The notes: generated by a model not told the origin, from the letters alone. DNA of 64,000 bases from Oscillospiraceae bacterium (GCA_031550325.1 JAVBOR010000007.1:27885-91884); one strand, 5' to 3'. Numbered from the stretch's first letter, positions 1 to 8,824 are shown. Numbers and translations are program-made.

Positions 1-205
1 CGCGCGCCGCAGTGCGGACAATGGTGCGCAAATCCTTGGCAACGCGGCCGTTGCGGCCGATCACCTTGCCCATGTCCTCCTTGGCCACGCGGAGTTCCAG
101 AACGCATTCCTCGCCCTGCTGAATCTCAGAAACATCCACGCTTTCAGGGTGTTCCACAATGCTTTTGGCCATAAACACAAGCAGTTCCTTAACCGAAGCA
201 GCCAT
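1..205 (-). CDS. KH-domain RNA-binding protein (YlqC-like); C-terminus runs off the window edge
   Basis: Reverse translation from the ATG at 205-203 gives MAASVKELLVFMAKSIVEHPESVDVSEIQQGEECVLELRVAKEDMGKVIGRNGRVAKDLRTIVRTAAR. It has a GxxG KH motif (IGRNGR) and sits in the conserved position immediately downstream of rpsP. Confidence 0.75.
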   Translation of the reverse strand, partial: MAASVKELLVFMAKSIVEHPESVDVSEIQQGEECVLELRVAKEDMGKVIGRNGRVAKDLRTIVRTAAR

Positions 206-208
206 TGT

Positions 209-448
209 TTACAGCACCCCGGCTTTCTTCAGCAGCTTTTTGACGATGTCAGTCGGCTGCGCGCCCATGCTGATCCATTCTTTGGCGCGTTCGGCGTTGA
301 TGGTAATCTCGGACGGCTCTTTCAGGGGGTTATACGCACCGATCTCCTCAATAAAACGTCCGTCACGGGGATATCGGGAATCGGCCACCACAATGCGGTA
401 AAAAGGTGCTTTTTTTGCGCCCATCCGGCGGAGTCTCAGCTTGACCAT
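209..448 (-). CDS. rpsP: 30S ribosomal protein S16
   Basis: 79-aa [44 protein letters not shown], a textbook S16 N-terminus. RBS ggaggtgaaaga lies upstream. Confidence 0.95.
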   Translation of the reverse strand: MVKLRLRRMGAKKAPFYRIVVADSRYPRDGRFIEEIGAYNPLKEPSEITINAERAKEWISMGAQPTDIVKKLLKKAGVL

Positions 449-537
449 TCTTTCACCTCCAAATAAAATGTGTTCCTATAGATCCAAGCGGCGCGCCGGC
501 GCGCATGCACAGCTCCGGGCCGCTGATGCTAAGGCAG

Positions 538-1866
538 TTAGAACGGAAGGCCCTTCATGCCCTTGGGCATCTTTCCCGCGGCCATTTGCCGCGCCATCTG
601 CTTCATCAGCTCATACTGCTTGAGCAGGCGGTTGATGTCCTCGACGCGCGTTCCGGAGCCTGCCGCCACGCGGCGTTTGCGTGAGGAGTTGAGGATTTCG
701 GGCGTATCGCGCTCACGGGGCGTCATCGACAGAATGATGGCCTCGGTGCGGGCCAGCGCGCTCTCGTCAAAGCGGGCGTCACGGAGCTGGCTCTTGTTAA
801 AGCCCGGCACCATGCCCATGATGTCCGAAACCGAGCCCATATTCTTCAGCTGTGTCAGCTGATCGTAAAAATCAGTCAGGGTAAAGCGCCCGGCGCGCAG
901 CTTCTTTTCCAAGTCCTCGGCCTTGCGCGCGTCCAGAACGCCCTCGGCCTTTTCAATCAGCGTCAGCACGTCGCCCATGCCCAAAATGCGGGAGGCCATG
1001 CGGTCGGGATAAAACGGCTCGATACTGTCAAGCTTTTCCCCGACGCCGACATATTTGATGGGCCTGCCGGTCACTGCCCGCACAGACAGCGCCGCGCCGC
1101 CTCGGGCATCGCCGTCGAGCTTGGTGAGCATCACGCCGTCCAGCCCGAGCTGTTCATGAAAGGCCTGCGCTGCGTTGACGGCGTCCTGGCCGGTCATAGC
1201 GTCCACCACGAGCAAGATCTCGGTGGGCTTCACCGCAGCTTTCATGCGCCTGAGCTCATCCATGAGCGCATCGTCCAGATGGAGCCGCCCGGCCGTGTCC
1301 AGAAAAACCATGTCGTTGCCGTGTTTGATGGCGTGGGCGATGGCGTCCGAGGCAATCTGCACGGGATCGCCCTGGCCCTGCTCAAACACGGGAATGCCGA
1401 GCTGTCCGCCCACAATCTGAAGCTGTTTGATCGCGGCGGGGCGGTAAACGTCGCACGCGACAAGCAGCGGGCGTTTGCCCTGCTGCTTTTTGAAAAGCCC
1501 GGCGAGCTTGGCACCGTTGGTTGTCTTGCCCGCGCCCTGCAAACCGACCAGCATGATGACGGTCGGGGGCTTTGAGGCGATCGTGATCTTGGCGTTTGCG
1601 CCGCCCATCAGGGCGGTGAGCTCCTCGTTGACAATCTTGACAATCATCTGCGCGGGGTTGAGCGTGTCCAGAACCTCGGTGCCGACACAGCGCTCGGTTG
1701 CGCGTGAGACAAAGTCCTTGACCACTTTGAAGCTGACGTCGGCCTCGAGAAGCGCGATGCGCACCTCGCGCATGGACTCGCGCACGTCTTTTTCACTCAG
1801 GCGGCCCTTGCCGCGCATTTTCTTAAATACCGAACTAAGTTTTTCGGTCAATCCTTCAAACGCCAT
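538..1866 (-). CDS. ffh: Signal recognition particle protein Ffh
   Basis: True start is MAFEGLTEKLSSVFKKMRGKG (ATG at 1866-1864, RBS cagggagga). GTPase motifs are GLQGAGKTT and DTAGR, and the C-terminus has a Met-rich M domain. The 79-aa N-terminal extension in the ORF track is spurious. Confidence 0.95.
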   Translation of the reverse strand: MAFEGLTEKLSSVFKKMRGKGRLSEKDVRESMREVRIALLEADVSFKVVKDFVSRATERCVGTEVLDTLNPAQMIVKIVNEELTALMGGANAKITIASKPPTVIMLVGLQGAGKTTNGAKLAGLFKKQQGKRPLLVACDVYRPAAIKQLQIVGGQLGIPVFEQGQGDPVQIASDAIAHAIKHGNDMVFLDTAGRLHLDDALMDELRRMKAAVKPTEILLVVDAMTGQDAVNAAQAFHEQLGLDGVMLTKLDGDARGGAALSVRAVTGRPIKYVGVGEKLDSIEPFYPDRMASRILGMGDVLTLIEKAEGVLDARKAEDLEKKLRAGRFTLTDFYDQLTQLKNMGSVSDIMGMVPGFNKSQLRDARFDESALARTEAIILSMTPRERDTPEILNSSRKRRVAAGSGTRVEDINRLLKQYELMKQMARQMAAGKMPKGMKGLPF

Positions 1867-1912
1867 GACAATCCTCCCTGGCAGCGCAGCGCCCGCAACG
1901 CCGCCCGCTTGA

Positions 1913-2275
1913 CTACTCCGACGAACCGCAGAGTCGGATGATGTTCTCGGCGCGATCGCGGATTTCAGCGTTGAAGACCCGCCGCCCGTTGACGTCGCAA
2001 ATCGTCTGCGCGTCGGCGCGGATCTCCTGCATCGCCTGCTGTAATCCGCCGAGCCGCCCGGCAAGCCCCAAAGAATGCTCCATGTCGCGCAGGATGCGCT
2101 CACCGCGCATCAGTACGTCGCGCACGCCCTGCCGCGTGATGCCCTCGTTTTCAGCAATTTCGGCCAGGGACAGGTCGTTGTTGTGGTAGTAATCAAAAAA
2201 GGCCTGTTGTTTTGGGGTGAGGATGGCGCCGTAAAAATCAAACAAGACCGACATTTCCACTGAGTTGTCTTTCAC
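1913..2275 (-). CDS. ylxM: YlxM/UPF0122 putative DNA-binding protein of the SRP operon
   Basis: MSVLFDFYGAILTPKQQAFFDYYHNNDLSLAEIAENEGITRQGVRD matches the YlxM pattern upstream of ffh. The start is taken as the GTG at 2275, after RBS gggaggtgg. The ATG 21 nt downstream is an alternative. Confidence 0.8.
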   Translation of the reverse strand: MKDNSVEMSVLFDFYGAILTPKQQAFFDYYHNNDLSLAEIAENEGITRQGVRDVLMRGERILRDMEHSLGLAGRLGGLQQAMQEIRADAQTICDVNGRRVFNAEIRDRAENIIRLCGSSE

Positions 2276-2328
2276 AGCCGCCCACCTCCCTGATGAGTTG
2301 TAAAGCAAGAACACTTTACACTTTTACT

Positions 2329-2357
2329 ATTTTACATGACGCCAGCCGGTTTGTCAA
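2329..2357 (-). promoter_or_regulatory. Sigma-70-type promoter for ylxM-ffh-rpsP
   Basis: Minus strand reads TTGACA, a 17-nt spacer, then TAAAAT, about 50 nt upstream of ylxM. Confidence 0.5.
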
Positions 2358-2400
2358 GCGCCGATTCAGGAAAAATTCAGAATTCTGTAAACTTGTATTA

Positions 2401-2429
2401 TTGACGCGTCAGCGGCCGGATGCTATGAT
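2401..2429 (+). promoter_or_regulatory. Sigma-70-type promoter for the methyltransferase/xth pair
   Basis: TTGACG (2401-2406), a 17-nt spacer, then TATGAT (2424-2429). Confidence 0.45.
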
Positions 2430-2481
2430 AAAGGCGGCCCTATCAGGGGTTTTGGGCTGATGGGGAGAGGGGGCGGAGAAA

Positions 2482-3129
2482 ATGATTGTCGGCAAAAAGA
2501 GAGGGTACGCGCTGTGGAAGTCCACCGTGGCAACAGCTCTCAAGCGGCGCCGTGTCAAGGCGATGCTCGGCCTTGCCGGGGCGGACGCCGCGCGGGGCCG
2601 CCTGCGCGTTTTGGAGATCGGCTGCGCAAACGGCAAGGACGTCATCCAGTTTCTGAATGACCCTGAGCGGTATGACGTGGTGGGCGTAGACCTTGCGCCC
2701 GGGGACATTGATCAGGATAACGTCACGGTCGTCCTGGCCGACGCCGAGGCGCTTCCCTTTGAGGACGACAGCTTTGATCTGGTGATCAGCGTGGGGGTGC
2801 TTGAGCACATTGAGCCGATGGAAAAGCTCAGCCGCGTCATCCGAGAGGCAAGCCGCGTCGGGCGCGCTTACGTGCACGTCGTTCCGTGCGTATCGACCCT
2901 CATCGAGGCGCACAACGCGGGCTTTCGCTGGCCAGTCCGCCTTCACCGTGACATGGTGCAAAAGAGGGCGACGTCCCCGCTGAAACTGAACTTTTTCTCA
3001 GACCACACCTGGACCAAGTTTGAGGGCTTTGCCGAGGGCGACGTGACGCGCCGGTTTTATCTGCCGCCGCTGATTCGCAATACTTATGTATACAAGACCA
3101 TTGAACAGGCAGGAGGGACTAGCCGATGA
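2482..3129 (+). CDS. Class I SAM-dependent methyltransferase
   Basis: Motif I is VLEIGCANGKD. Downstream are LPFEDDSFDLVISVGVLEHIEP, typical of the Methyltransf_11/25 fold. Confidence 0.75.
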   Translation: MIVGKKRGYALWKSTVATALKRRRVKAMLGLAGADAARGRLRVLEIGCANGKDVIQFLNDPERYDVVGVDLAPGDIDQDNVTVVLADAEALPFEDDSFDLVISVGVLEHIEPMEKLSRVIREASRVGRAYVHVVPCVSTLIEAHNAGFRWPVRLHRDMVQKRATSPLKLNFFSDHTWTKFEGFAEGDVTRRFYLPPLIRNTYVYKTIEQAGGTSR

Positions 3130-3875
3130 GGCTGATATCATGGAATGTCAACGGGCTGCGGGCCTGTCTGGGCAAGGGCTTCATGCAGGCGTTCGAGGAG
3201 TTCGACGCCGACGTGTTTGCGCTGCAGGAAACGAAAATGGAAAAGGGGCAGGCCGAACTGCCGCTTGACGGATACACAGAGGTTTGGAACTCCGCCGAAA
3301 AGAAGGGCTACTCGGGAACCGCGGTTTTCTGCAAAGAAGCGCCGATTTCGGTTCAAAACGGCATCGGGGACCCGCATGACGGCGAGGGTCGGGTGATCAC
3401 GCTTGAATACGACCGGCTGTATTTTGTCAACGTATATACGCCCAACGCGCGGCGCGAGCTGGAGCGACTGCCCTATCGCATGGAGTGGGACGACGCGTTC
3501 CGCGCCTATGTGCAGAAGCTGGACGCCCAAAAGCCCGTGGTGATTTGCGGCGACCTCAACTGCGCCCATAGGGAGATCGACATCAAAAACGCGCGCGCCA
3601 ACCGCCGCAGCGCGGGCTTTACCGATGAAGAGCGCGCCAAGCTGTCGGCGCTTATCGACGCAGGCTTTACCGACGCGTTTCGCGCGCTTCACCCGGATGT
3701 GCGCGACGCCTACACCTGGTGGTCCTACATGGGAAAGGCCAGAGAAAAGAACGTCGGCTGGCGCATTGACTATTTTCTCGTGTCGGACAGGCTGATGCCC
3801 AGCGTCACCGCCACGCCTCTGTATACCCATGTGCTGGGCTCGGACCACTGCCCGGTGGGCCTGGAGCTGAAATAG
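3126..3875 (+). CDS. xth: Exodeoxyribonuclease III
   Basis: MRLISWNVNGLRA, LQETK, VVICGDLNCAHREIDIKN, WWSYMGKAREKNVGWRIDYFLVS and GSDHCPV are canonical ExoIII/AP endonuclease motifs. Confidence 0.9.
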   Translation: MRLISWNVNGLRACLGKGFMQAFEEFDADVFALQETKMEKGQAELPLDGYTEVWNSAEKKGYSGTAVFCKEAPISVQNGIGDPHDGEGRVITLEYDRLYFVNVYTPNARRELERLPYRMEWDDAFRAYVQKLDAQKPVVICGDLNCAHREIDIKNARANRRSAGFTDEERAKLSALIDAGFTDAFRALHPDVRDAYTWWSYMGKAREKNVGWRIDYFLVSDRLMPSVTATPLYTHVLGSDHCPVGLELK

Positions 3876-3880
3876 GGAGA

Positions 3881-3965
3881 CTCCCGGCTGCAGACAAGCC
3901 CAAGGGTTTGTCCGTAGCCGGGAGAAGGTCAGACTGCCAAAGAACGCAGGTTCATTGGCAAAGCG
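3881..3965. repeat. Partial copy of the interspersed intergenic repeat family (hairpin module plus ttcatt module)
   Basis: The imperfect hairpin ctcccggctgcagacaa/ttgtccgtagccgggag (3881-3923) matches the tgcagacaa...ttgtctgca module. cgcaggttcattggcaaagcg (3944-3965) resembles cgcgggttcattccgggaaag in the copy at 10438-10613. Confidence 0.5.
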
Positions 3966-3987
3966 AAGGGGCAAAAGCCGCCGCTTG

Positions 3988-5379
3988 TCAGGCGGTCACC
4001 GCCTGAAGAACAAAGTTGAGGATGAAGAACAGGGCCGCGCCGCCGAGCAGCGGGTGAATTTCCTTGATCTTGCCGGTGCAGATCTTGGCAATGCAGTAGA
4101 AAATAAAGCCAGCCGCGATTCCGTAGGAGATCGAATAGCCGAAGGCCATGATGACGACCGTGAAGAACACGGGCAGCGCCTCTTCAAACGAATCCCAGCG
4201 GATATGCATAAACGAGGCCATCATCAGCACGCCGACCAGAATCAGCACTGGCGCGGTGGCCTGCGCCGGCACAATGCCCACGACCGAGGCAAACGGGATG
4301 CACAGCAGCAGCAGGATTCCGGTGGTCAGGGAGGTCAGGCCGGTGCGTCCGCCCGCGCTGATGCCGGTGGCCGACTCGACGTACGTTGTGACGTTCGAGG
4401 TGCCGAACAGCGAGCCGCAAACCGTGGCGATCATGTCGGCAAGCAGGCCGCGCTCCAGACGGGTGCTGAGCTGGCCGCCCTCTCTGAGGTGCTTTTCATC
4501 CTCGTCGGTGAATATGCCGCTCTGGCGGCCGGTGCCGATGAAGGTGCCGATGGTGTCAAAGATGTCGGTAAGCGAAAACGCGATGATCGCGGTGATCGCG
4601 AGGAATATGCGCGTCGGGTCGCCAAACATGGAGGAAAAGCCCGTGTTGCCGAAAAACGCGAAGGCGACTTCCTTGACGTCCGCAACGGCCGACATGTCAA
4701 ACCATTTGATGTTGCTCAGATCGACAATCCCCATGGGGATGCCGATGACCGTCGTGGCGATGATGCCGATGAACAGCGCGCCCTTGATCTTAAGCAGCAT
4801 CAGCACAACCATGATCAGCAGGCCGATCAGCGCAAGCTGTACACCGCGGTCGGTAAAGTTAACCAGTCTGGGCACGGCGGCCGCGCCCGTGGTGAGACCC
4901 TCGGCAGTGCCGGCAAACTCCAAAATACCGGCGTTTTTCAACCCGATATACGCGATAAACAGACCGATCGCGCCGCCGATGGCGTTCTGGATGGAGCGCG
5001 GAATGGACAGCAGCAGGGATTTGCGCACCTTGGTGACCGTGAGCGTCACCGAGATCAGGCCGCAGATGAACACCATAGCCAGCGCCTCCTGCCAGGCAAA
5101 GCCCATGCTGGCACAAACGGCGTACGCGAAAAACGCATTGAGTCCCATGCCCGGGGCCTGCGCATAGGGGAGATTGGCCAGAAACGACATGATCAGAGTG
5201 CCCACGGCGGCGGCAAGACAGGTGGCTACAAACACGCCGTTCCAGTTCATGCCGGTGCTGCTGAGAATGTTGGGGTTGACGAAGATGATATAGGCCATGG
5301 TGAAAAAAGTGGTGATGCCGGCAAGGAGTTCGGTGCGGACATTGGAGCCATACTTTTTCAGTCTGAAGAGCTTTTCCAT
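3988..5379 (-). CDS. NCS2-family purine (adenine/guanine/hypoxanthine) permease, AzgA/PbuG-like
   Basis: 463-aa polytopic protein starting MEKLFRLKKYGSNVRTELLAGITTFFTMAYIIFVNPNIL, a typical AzgA-type N-terminus. RBS is ggaggtaaacgg. Confidence 0.85.
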   Translation of the reverse strand: MEKLFRLKKYGSNVRTELLAGITTFFTMAYIIFVNPNILSSTGMNWNGVFVATCLAAAVGTLIMSFLANLPYAQAPGMGLNAFFAYAVCASMGFAWQEALAMVFICGLISVTLTVTKVRKSLLLSIPRSIQNAIGGAIGLFIAYIGLKNAGILEFAGTAEGLTTGAAAVPRLVNFTDRGVQLALIGLLIMVVLMLLKIKGALFIGIIATTVIGIPMGIVDLSNIKWFDMSAVADVKEVAFAFFGNTGFSSMFGDPTRIFLAITAIIAFSLTDIFDTIGTFIGTGRQSGIFTDEDEKHLREGGQLSTRLERGLLADMIATVCGSLFGTSNVTTYVESATGISAGGRTGLTSLTTGILLLLCIPFASVVGIVPAQATAPVLILVGVLMMASFMHIRWDSFEEALPVFFTVVIMAFGYSISYGIAAGFIFYCIAKICTGKIKEIHPLLGGAALFFILNFVLQAVTA

Positions 5380-5413
5380 TCCGTTTACCTCCTACATCTT
5401 GTTGGGACGCTTG

Positions 5414-5442
5414 ATTATACCACGGGGTGGCAAGCAAGACAA
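5414..5442 (-). promoter_or_regulatory. Sigma-70-type promoter for the permease
   Basis: Minus strand reads TTGTCT, a 17-nt spacer ending in TGG (extended -10), then TATAAT. The leader is only about 30 nt. Confidence 0.5.
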
Positions 5443-5624
5443 GAGAAAAATTTACAATTTGTCTATATTTTGGGCTCCAATGGTTCCCCAAAATAGAGAA
5501 ATTGACTAAAATCTGGAGTCCGATGGAAAAACTATTCCGACCCGAAGCCCGCAGCGGGGTCTGTCTGCGGTCTGAACCTATTCTGCCTCTAAAACGCTGG
5601 CTTATGATGAAAGGAGGCCCACCT

Positions 5625-6173
5625 ATGCGGTACGAGCTTACTGTGGCCGGGCTGAAGAGAACTTTGCCGCTGTGCAAGGTCAGGGATGATTTGTATATCG
5701 CCGCGTTCGTCATTTTCGGCGACGTGCAGCTGACCTGCGCCTGCGCCGCGCGTCTTTTGGACATCGCGCCCGAGGCCGATTTATTAATCACCGCCGAGGC
5801 CAAGGGCATCCCGCTTGTGCACGAGATGGCCAGGCAGGGGGAGAAGCCCTATCTGGTGGCGCGCAAGGCAGCCAAGCTCTATATGCGCGACATCTTCTCG
5901 GTTGAGGTGCGCTCCATCACGACGGCCGCACGCCAGACGCTGTATATGGATGGAGGCGACGCGCAGGCCATACGCGGCAAACGCGTTGTGCTTGTCGATG
6001 ACGTGATCTCCACCGGCGAGAGCCTGCGCGCGCTTGAAAAGCTTGTGATCACAGCCGGTGGTGAGGTGGCCGGGCGGATGGCCGTGCTTGCCGAGGGGGA
6101 CGCCTATTTGCGCGAGGATATCCGCTATTTGGAGCGGCTTCCTCTGTTTGGCCCTGACGGCGCGCCGCTCTGA
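5625..6173 (+). CDS. Purine/adenine phosphoribosyltransferase-family protein
   Basis: Start is MRYELTVAGL after RBS aaaggagg. The PRPP-binding loop is VVLVDDVISTGESL. The gene is divergent from the purine permease. Confidence 0.7.
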   Translation: MRYELTVAGLKRTLPLCKVRDDLYIAAFVIFGDVQLTCACAARLLDIAPEADLLITAEAKGIPLVHEMARQGEKPYLVARKAAKLYMRDIFSVEVRSITTAARQTLYMDGGDAQAIRGKRVVLVDDVISTGESLRALEKLVITAGGEVAGRMAVLAEGDAYLREDIRYLERLPLFGPDGAPL

Positions 6174-6195
6174 GCGGGAAAACCGGGCAAAAGAC

Positions 6196-6396
6196 CCTCA
6201 CGTCCTCGTCCTTTTTCGGGTTTCACGTCGAGCCTGACGGCACAGCCGGCAGGTCCTTGCTGGACTGGTTTGGCGCAAAGTTTTGAAATGAGTGATTTTC
6301 ACGGATTCATTCCGGAAAAGTCATTCTTTGCGCGTCTTCGCAAAGACGCGAGCCTCCCCCCGTTTGCAGACAAACCTTCGATGTGTCGGCAAACGC
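6196..6396 (+). repeat. Full copy of the modular intergenic repeat
   Basis: Modules in order: cgtcctcgtcctttttcgggtttcacgtcgagcctgacggcacagccggcagg; ttcacggattcattccggaaaagtc; the palindrome gcgcgtcttcgcaaagacgcg; the hairpin cgtttgcagaca...tgtcggcaaacg. The same order is seen at 10438-10613 and 63423-63610. Confidence 0.8.
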
Positions 6397-6399
6397 TAA

Positions 6400-6438
6400 G
6401 GGCGCCCTGCGGGACATCTCTGAACCCGCAGGGCGCTG
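6400..6438. terminator. Strong hairpin between the convergent PRTase and deoC genes
   Basis: agggcgccctgcggg, a loop, then cccgcagggcgct, giving a 13-14 bp GC-rich stem. There is no clean U-tract on either strand. Confidence 0.4.
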
Positions 6439-6465
6439 TCGTACAAGCAAGTCGCTGTGTTTGGA

Positions 6466-7122
6466 CTATTGGGGCAGCTCGCCTACAATCGAGACGGAGG
6501 CTGAACAGCCTATGCGGTCTGCACCGGCTCCCAGCATGGCGAGCGCGTCGGACAGGGTGCGGATGCCGCCCGCCGCCTTGACGAGAAGTCCGCCGCCCGC
6601 GCGCTTGAGTAGCCTGACATCCTCCACGGTCGCGCCGGCGCGGCCAAACCCTGTGGACGTTTTGACAAAGGCGGCTCCCGCCTCGGCGCAAAGCCGGCAG
6701 GCCAGCTCCTTTTCGGCGCCTGTGAGCAGACAGGTCTCCAAAATGACCTTGACAGTGGCCGGAGCAGCGGCGCTGACCACGGCCGCTATATCGGCGCGCA
6801 CGTCGTCGGCGCGGCCTGACTTGAGAAATCCGACGCCCAGCACCATGTCGATTTCCGCGGCACCGTCAGAGACGGCGCGCGCCGCCTCAAACGCTTTGGC
6901 GACGGAGGCAGAAGCGCCGAGCGGAAAGCCCGCGACTGTGCAGACGTTGACGCTTGTGCCTGAAAGCTGTTCGGCGCAAAAGGATACATAGCAGGGAGGG
7001 ACACATACGCTGCAAAAGCCCAATTCGACACTTTCGCGGCACAGAAGCGACATGTCCCGCATGGTGGCATCGGGACGCAGAAGCGTATGGTCAATGCGCG
7101 CGGCGAGCTCTTTTTTGGTCAT
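6466..7122 (-). CDS. deoC: Deoxyribose-phosphate aldolase
   Basis: MTKKELAARIDHTLLRPDAT, VCTVAGFPLGA, EIDMV, KVILET and the Schiff-base lysine context AFVKTSTGF. Confidence 0.9.
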   Translation of the reverse strand: MTKKELAARIDHTLLRPDATMRDMSLLCRESVELGFCSVCVPPCYVSFCAEQLSGTSVNVCTVAGFPLGASASVAKAFEAARAVSDGAAEIDMVLGVGFLKSGRADDVRADIAAVVSAAAPATVKVILETCLLTGAEKELACRLCAEAGAAFVKTSTGFGRAGATVEDVRLLKRAGGGLLVKAAGGIRTLSDALAMLGAGADRIGCSASVSIVGELPQ

Positions 7123-7124
7123 CC

Positions 7125-7358
7125 TTAAAGATTGTCGTCGATATACTGCGCAACGTCTTCGACAGTTTTAAAGCCGCGAGCGTCCTCTTCGGTGATCGCG
7201 ATTCCAAATTCCTCTTCGACGGACATCATCAGTTCAATCACATCCAGAGAATCTGCGCCAAGATCGTCGGCGATCAGGGAACTGGCCTTGATCTTGTCCT
7301 CGTCAATGTCAAGCTGCGCTGCCAGAATTGCGCGCACTTTTTCGGCGGTAGAACTCAT
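7125..7358 (-). CDS. acpP: Acyl carrier protein
   Basis: 77 aa starting at MSSTAEKVRAIL (RBS gaaaggagg). The phosphopantetheine attachment motif is LGADSLDVIELMM. Confidence 0.85.
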   Translation of the reverse strand: MSSTAEKVRAILAAQLDIDEDKIKASSLIADDLGADSLDVIELMMSVEEEFGIAITEEDARGFKTVEDVAQYIDDNL

Positions 7359-7659
7359 ACCGAGCTTGCCTCCTTTCACACATCCCCGGCGCGCAGACGC
7401 GCCAAAAGGGCTAGTTCACCCCCGCGGCATTCTGCGAGCGGAGATTTCTATCATGAAGTATACTCTGAAGGGCCTGTCTATGACAAGCCCTTTTAAAAAA
7501 ATATTTTTATCCAATATGCTTTTTTGTGAGTCTGCGGACATAAAACGACGTTGCGCCGCTGCAGATAAAGAGGTATAATATCCAAATGGCAGCCGGGCGC
7601 GGGGAGCTTACAGGCGCTCAAGTGCCTTATGAATGTGAGCAAAAGGTTGGGAAAAACTG

Positions 7660-8823
7660 TTGACAGAGATTATCATGCTGAAAATGGGGGAACTCGTACT
7701 CAAGGGCCTCAATCGCGCGCGCTTTGAACAGCGCCTTTTGGACTGCGTAAAGCGCAGAACAGCGCCGTTTGGCTCGTTTTCACTTCGCTCGGTGCAGTCC
7801 ACCGTCTACGTGGAGCCCGAGGACAGCGCAGCCGATCTGGCCTCGGCGTTTGACGCTTGCGGACGCGTATTCGGACTTGCCGCGATTTGCCGCGCGTTTG
7901 TGGCGGAAAAAACACTGGAGGACATCGCCGAAAAGGCGCTCCTTCTTCCCGCGCTCGGCGCGGCGCGCTCCTTTAAGGTGGAGGCGCGCCGGGCGGACAA
8001 GCGCTTCAGATTGACCTCTCCGCAGATTATGAATGAGATCGGCGGGATGATTTTAGAGCGCATGCCCCATCTGGCTGTCGACGTGCACAAGCCGGACGTG
8101 ACGGTTTGGGTGGAGATCCGGGAGCTTGGCGCTTATGTGCACACCTCGCCCACGCCCGGCGCGGGGGGCTTGCCGGCCGGCATGTCGGGAAAAGGCGCGT
8201 TGCTGCTGTCGGGCGGCATTGATTCGCCGGTGGCGGGCTGGCGCATGGCGCGGCGGGGCCTTGAGCTGATGCCGGTTCATTTTTTCAGCTATCCGTACAC
8301 CTCACTGGAGGCTAAGGATAAGGTGCTTGCGCTGGCGCGCATCTTGGCGGGCTGGTGCGGGCGCATGAACCTGTGCGTTGTGCCGTTTACAGCCGTGCAG
8401 GAGGCCATCCGCCGCGGCGGGCCCCAGGACCTGTTTACGCTGCTGATGCGCCGCAGCATGTGCCGGATGTCCGAGGCGATCGCGCGCGCGAACGGCTGCG
8501 GCGCGCTGGTCACCGGAGAAAGTCTGGGCCAGGTTGCGTCGCAGACCATGGAGGCCATGGCCGTGACGGGAAACGCGTGCTCGCTGCCGATCTTTCGGCC
8601 TCTTGTGGGCATGGATAAGGAGGAGGTCAGCGGGCAGGCGCGCCGGATCGGCACGTTTGAGACCTCTATTTTACCCTATGAGGACTGCTGCACGGTCTTC
8701 ACGCCCAAGCATCCCAAGACCAAGCCCAAACTTGACGAGATTCTCCGCGCGGAAGCGGCGGTTGACTTGGCGGCGCTGGAGGCCGAGGCTCTTGAAAACT
8801 TAGAATGGATTGAGGTGCGCTGA
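7660..8823 (+). CDS. thiI: tRNA 4-thiouridine(8) synthase ThiI
   Basis: N-terminal ferredoxin-like/THUMP region (IIMLKMGELVLKGLNR) and the PP-loop LLLSGGIDSPVA. The start is uncertain: TTG at 7660 or ATG at 7675. Confidence 0.85.
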   Translation: MTEIIMLKMGELVLKGLNRARFEQRLLDCVKRRTAPFGSFSLRSVQSTVYVEPEDSAADLASAFDACGRVFGLAAICRAFVAEKTLEDIAEKALLLPALGAARSFKVEARRADKRFRLTSPQIMNEIGGMILERMPHLAVDVHKPDVTVWVEIRELGAYVHTSPTPGAGGLPAGMSGKGALLLSGGIDSPVAGWRMARRGLELMPVHFFSYPYTSLEAKDKVLALARILAGWCGRMNLCVVPFTAVQEAIRRGGPQDLFTLLMRRSMCRMSEAIARANGCGALVTGESLGQVASQTMEAMAVTGNACSLPIFRPLVGMDKEEVSGQARRIGTFETSILPYEDCCTVFTPKHPKTKPKLDEILRAEAAVDLAALEAEALENLEWIEVR

Positions 8824-8824
8824 C

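Noticed and set aside
1867-2103. A 79-aa N-terminal extension of the ffh ORF in the six-frame track
   Set aside because: The extension overlaps ylxM and has an Arg/Ser-rich nonsense-like sequence. The canonical Ffh N-terminus MAFEGLTEKL follows a good RBS at 1866.
3955-5496. A 513-aa ORF on the plus strand overlapping the permease gene
   Set aside because: It is fully antisense to a convincing NCS2 permease. Its translation is low-complexity and R/G/D/H/Q-rich, with no RBS or motif. This is a typical antisense shadow ORF of high-GC DNA.
5380-5624. An expected purine riboswitch between the divergent purine permease and phosphoribosyltransferase genes
   Set aside because: The permease promoter leaves only a leader of about 30 nt. 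The roughly 180-nt region before the PRTase has small hairpins (ctcca/tggag, ccgcag/ctgcgg). It lacks the conserved purine-riboswitch elements (UAUAAU...GGAUAUGG...UCUACC...CCGUAAAU...GACUAUG) and has no terminator or anti-terminator. A novel leader cannot be excluded, but I cannot support one.
6270-6581. ORFs running through repeat copies that share a peptide-like string (FHGFIPEKSFFARLRKDASLPPFADK at 6270-6581; FRGFIPGKLFSARLCKAAIRLPPADK at 10429-10677; FHGFTPGKSPNARLHKDAFLLPFVDK at 63328-63648)
   Set aside because: The similarity follows nucleotide conservation of the repeat. No conserved start codon or RBS is present. Copies occur in both orientations and as fragments, and the flanking ORF parts are unrelated. 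They are treated as non-coding repeats.
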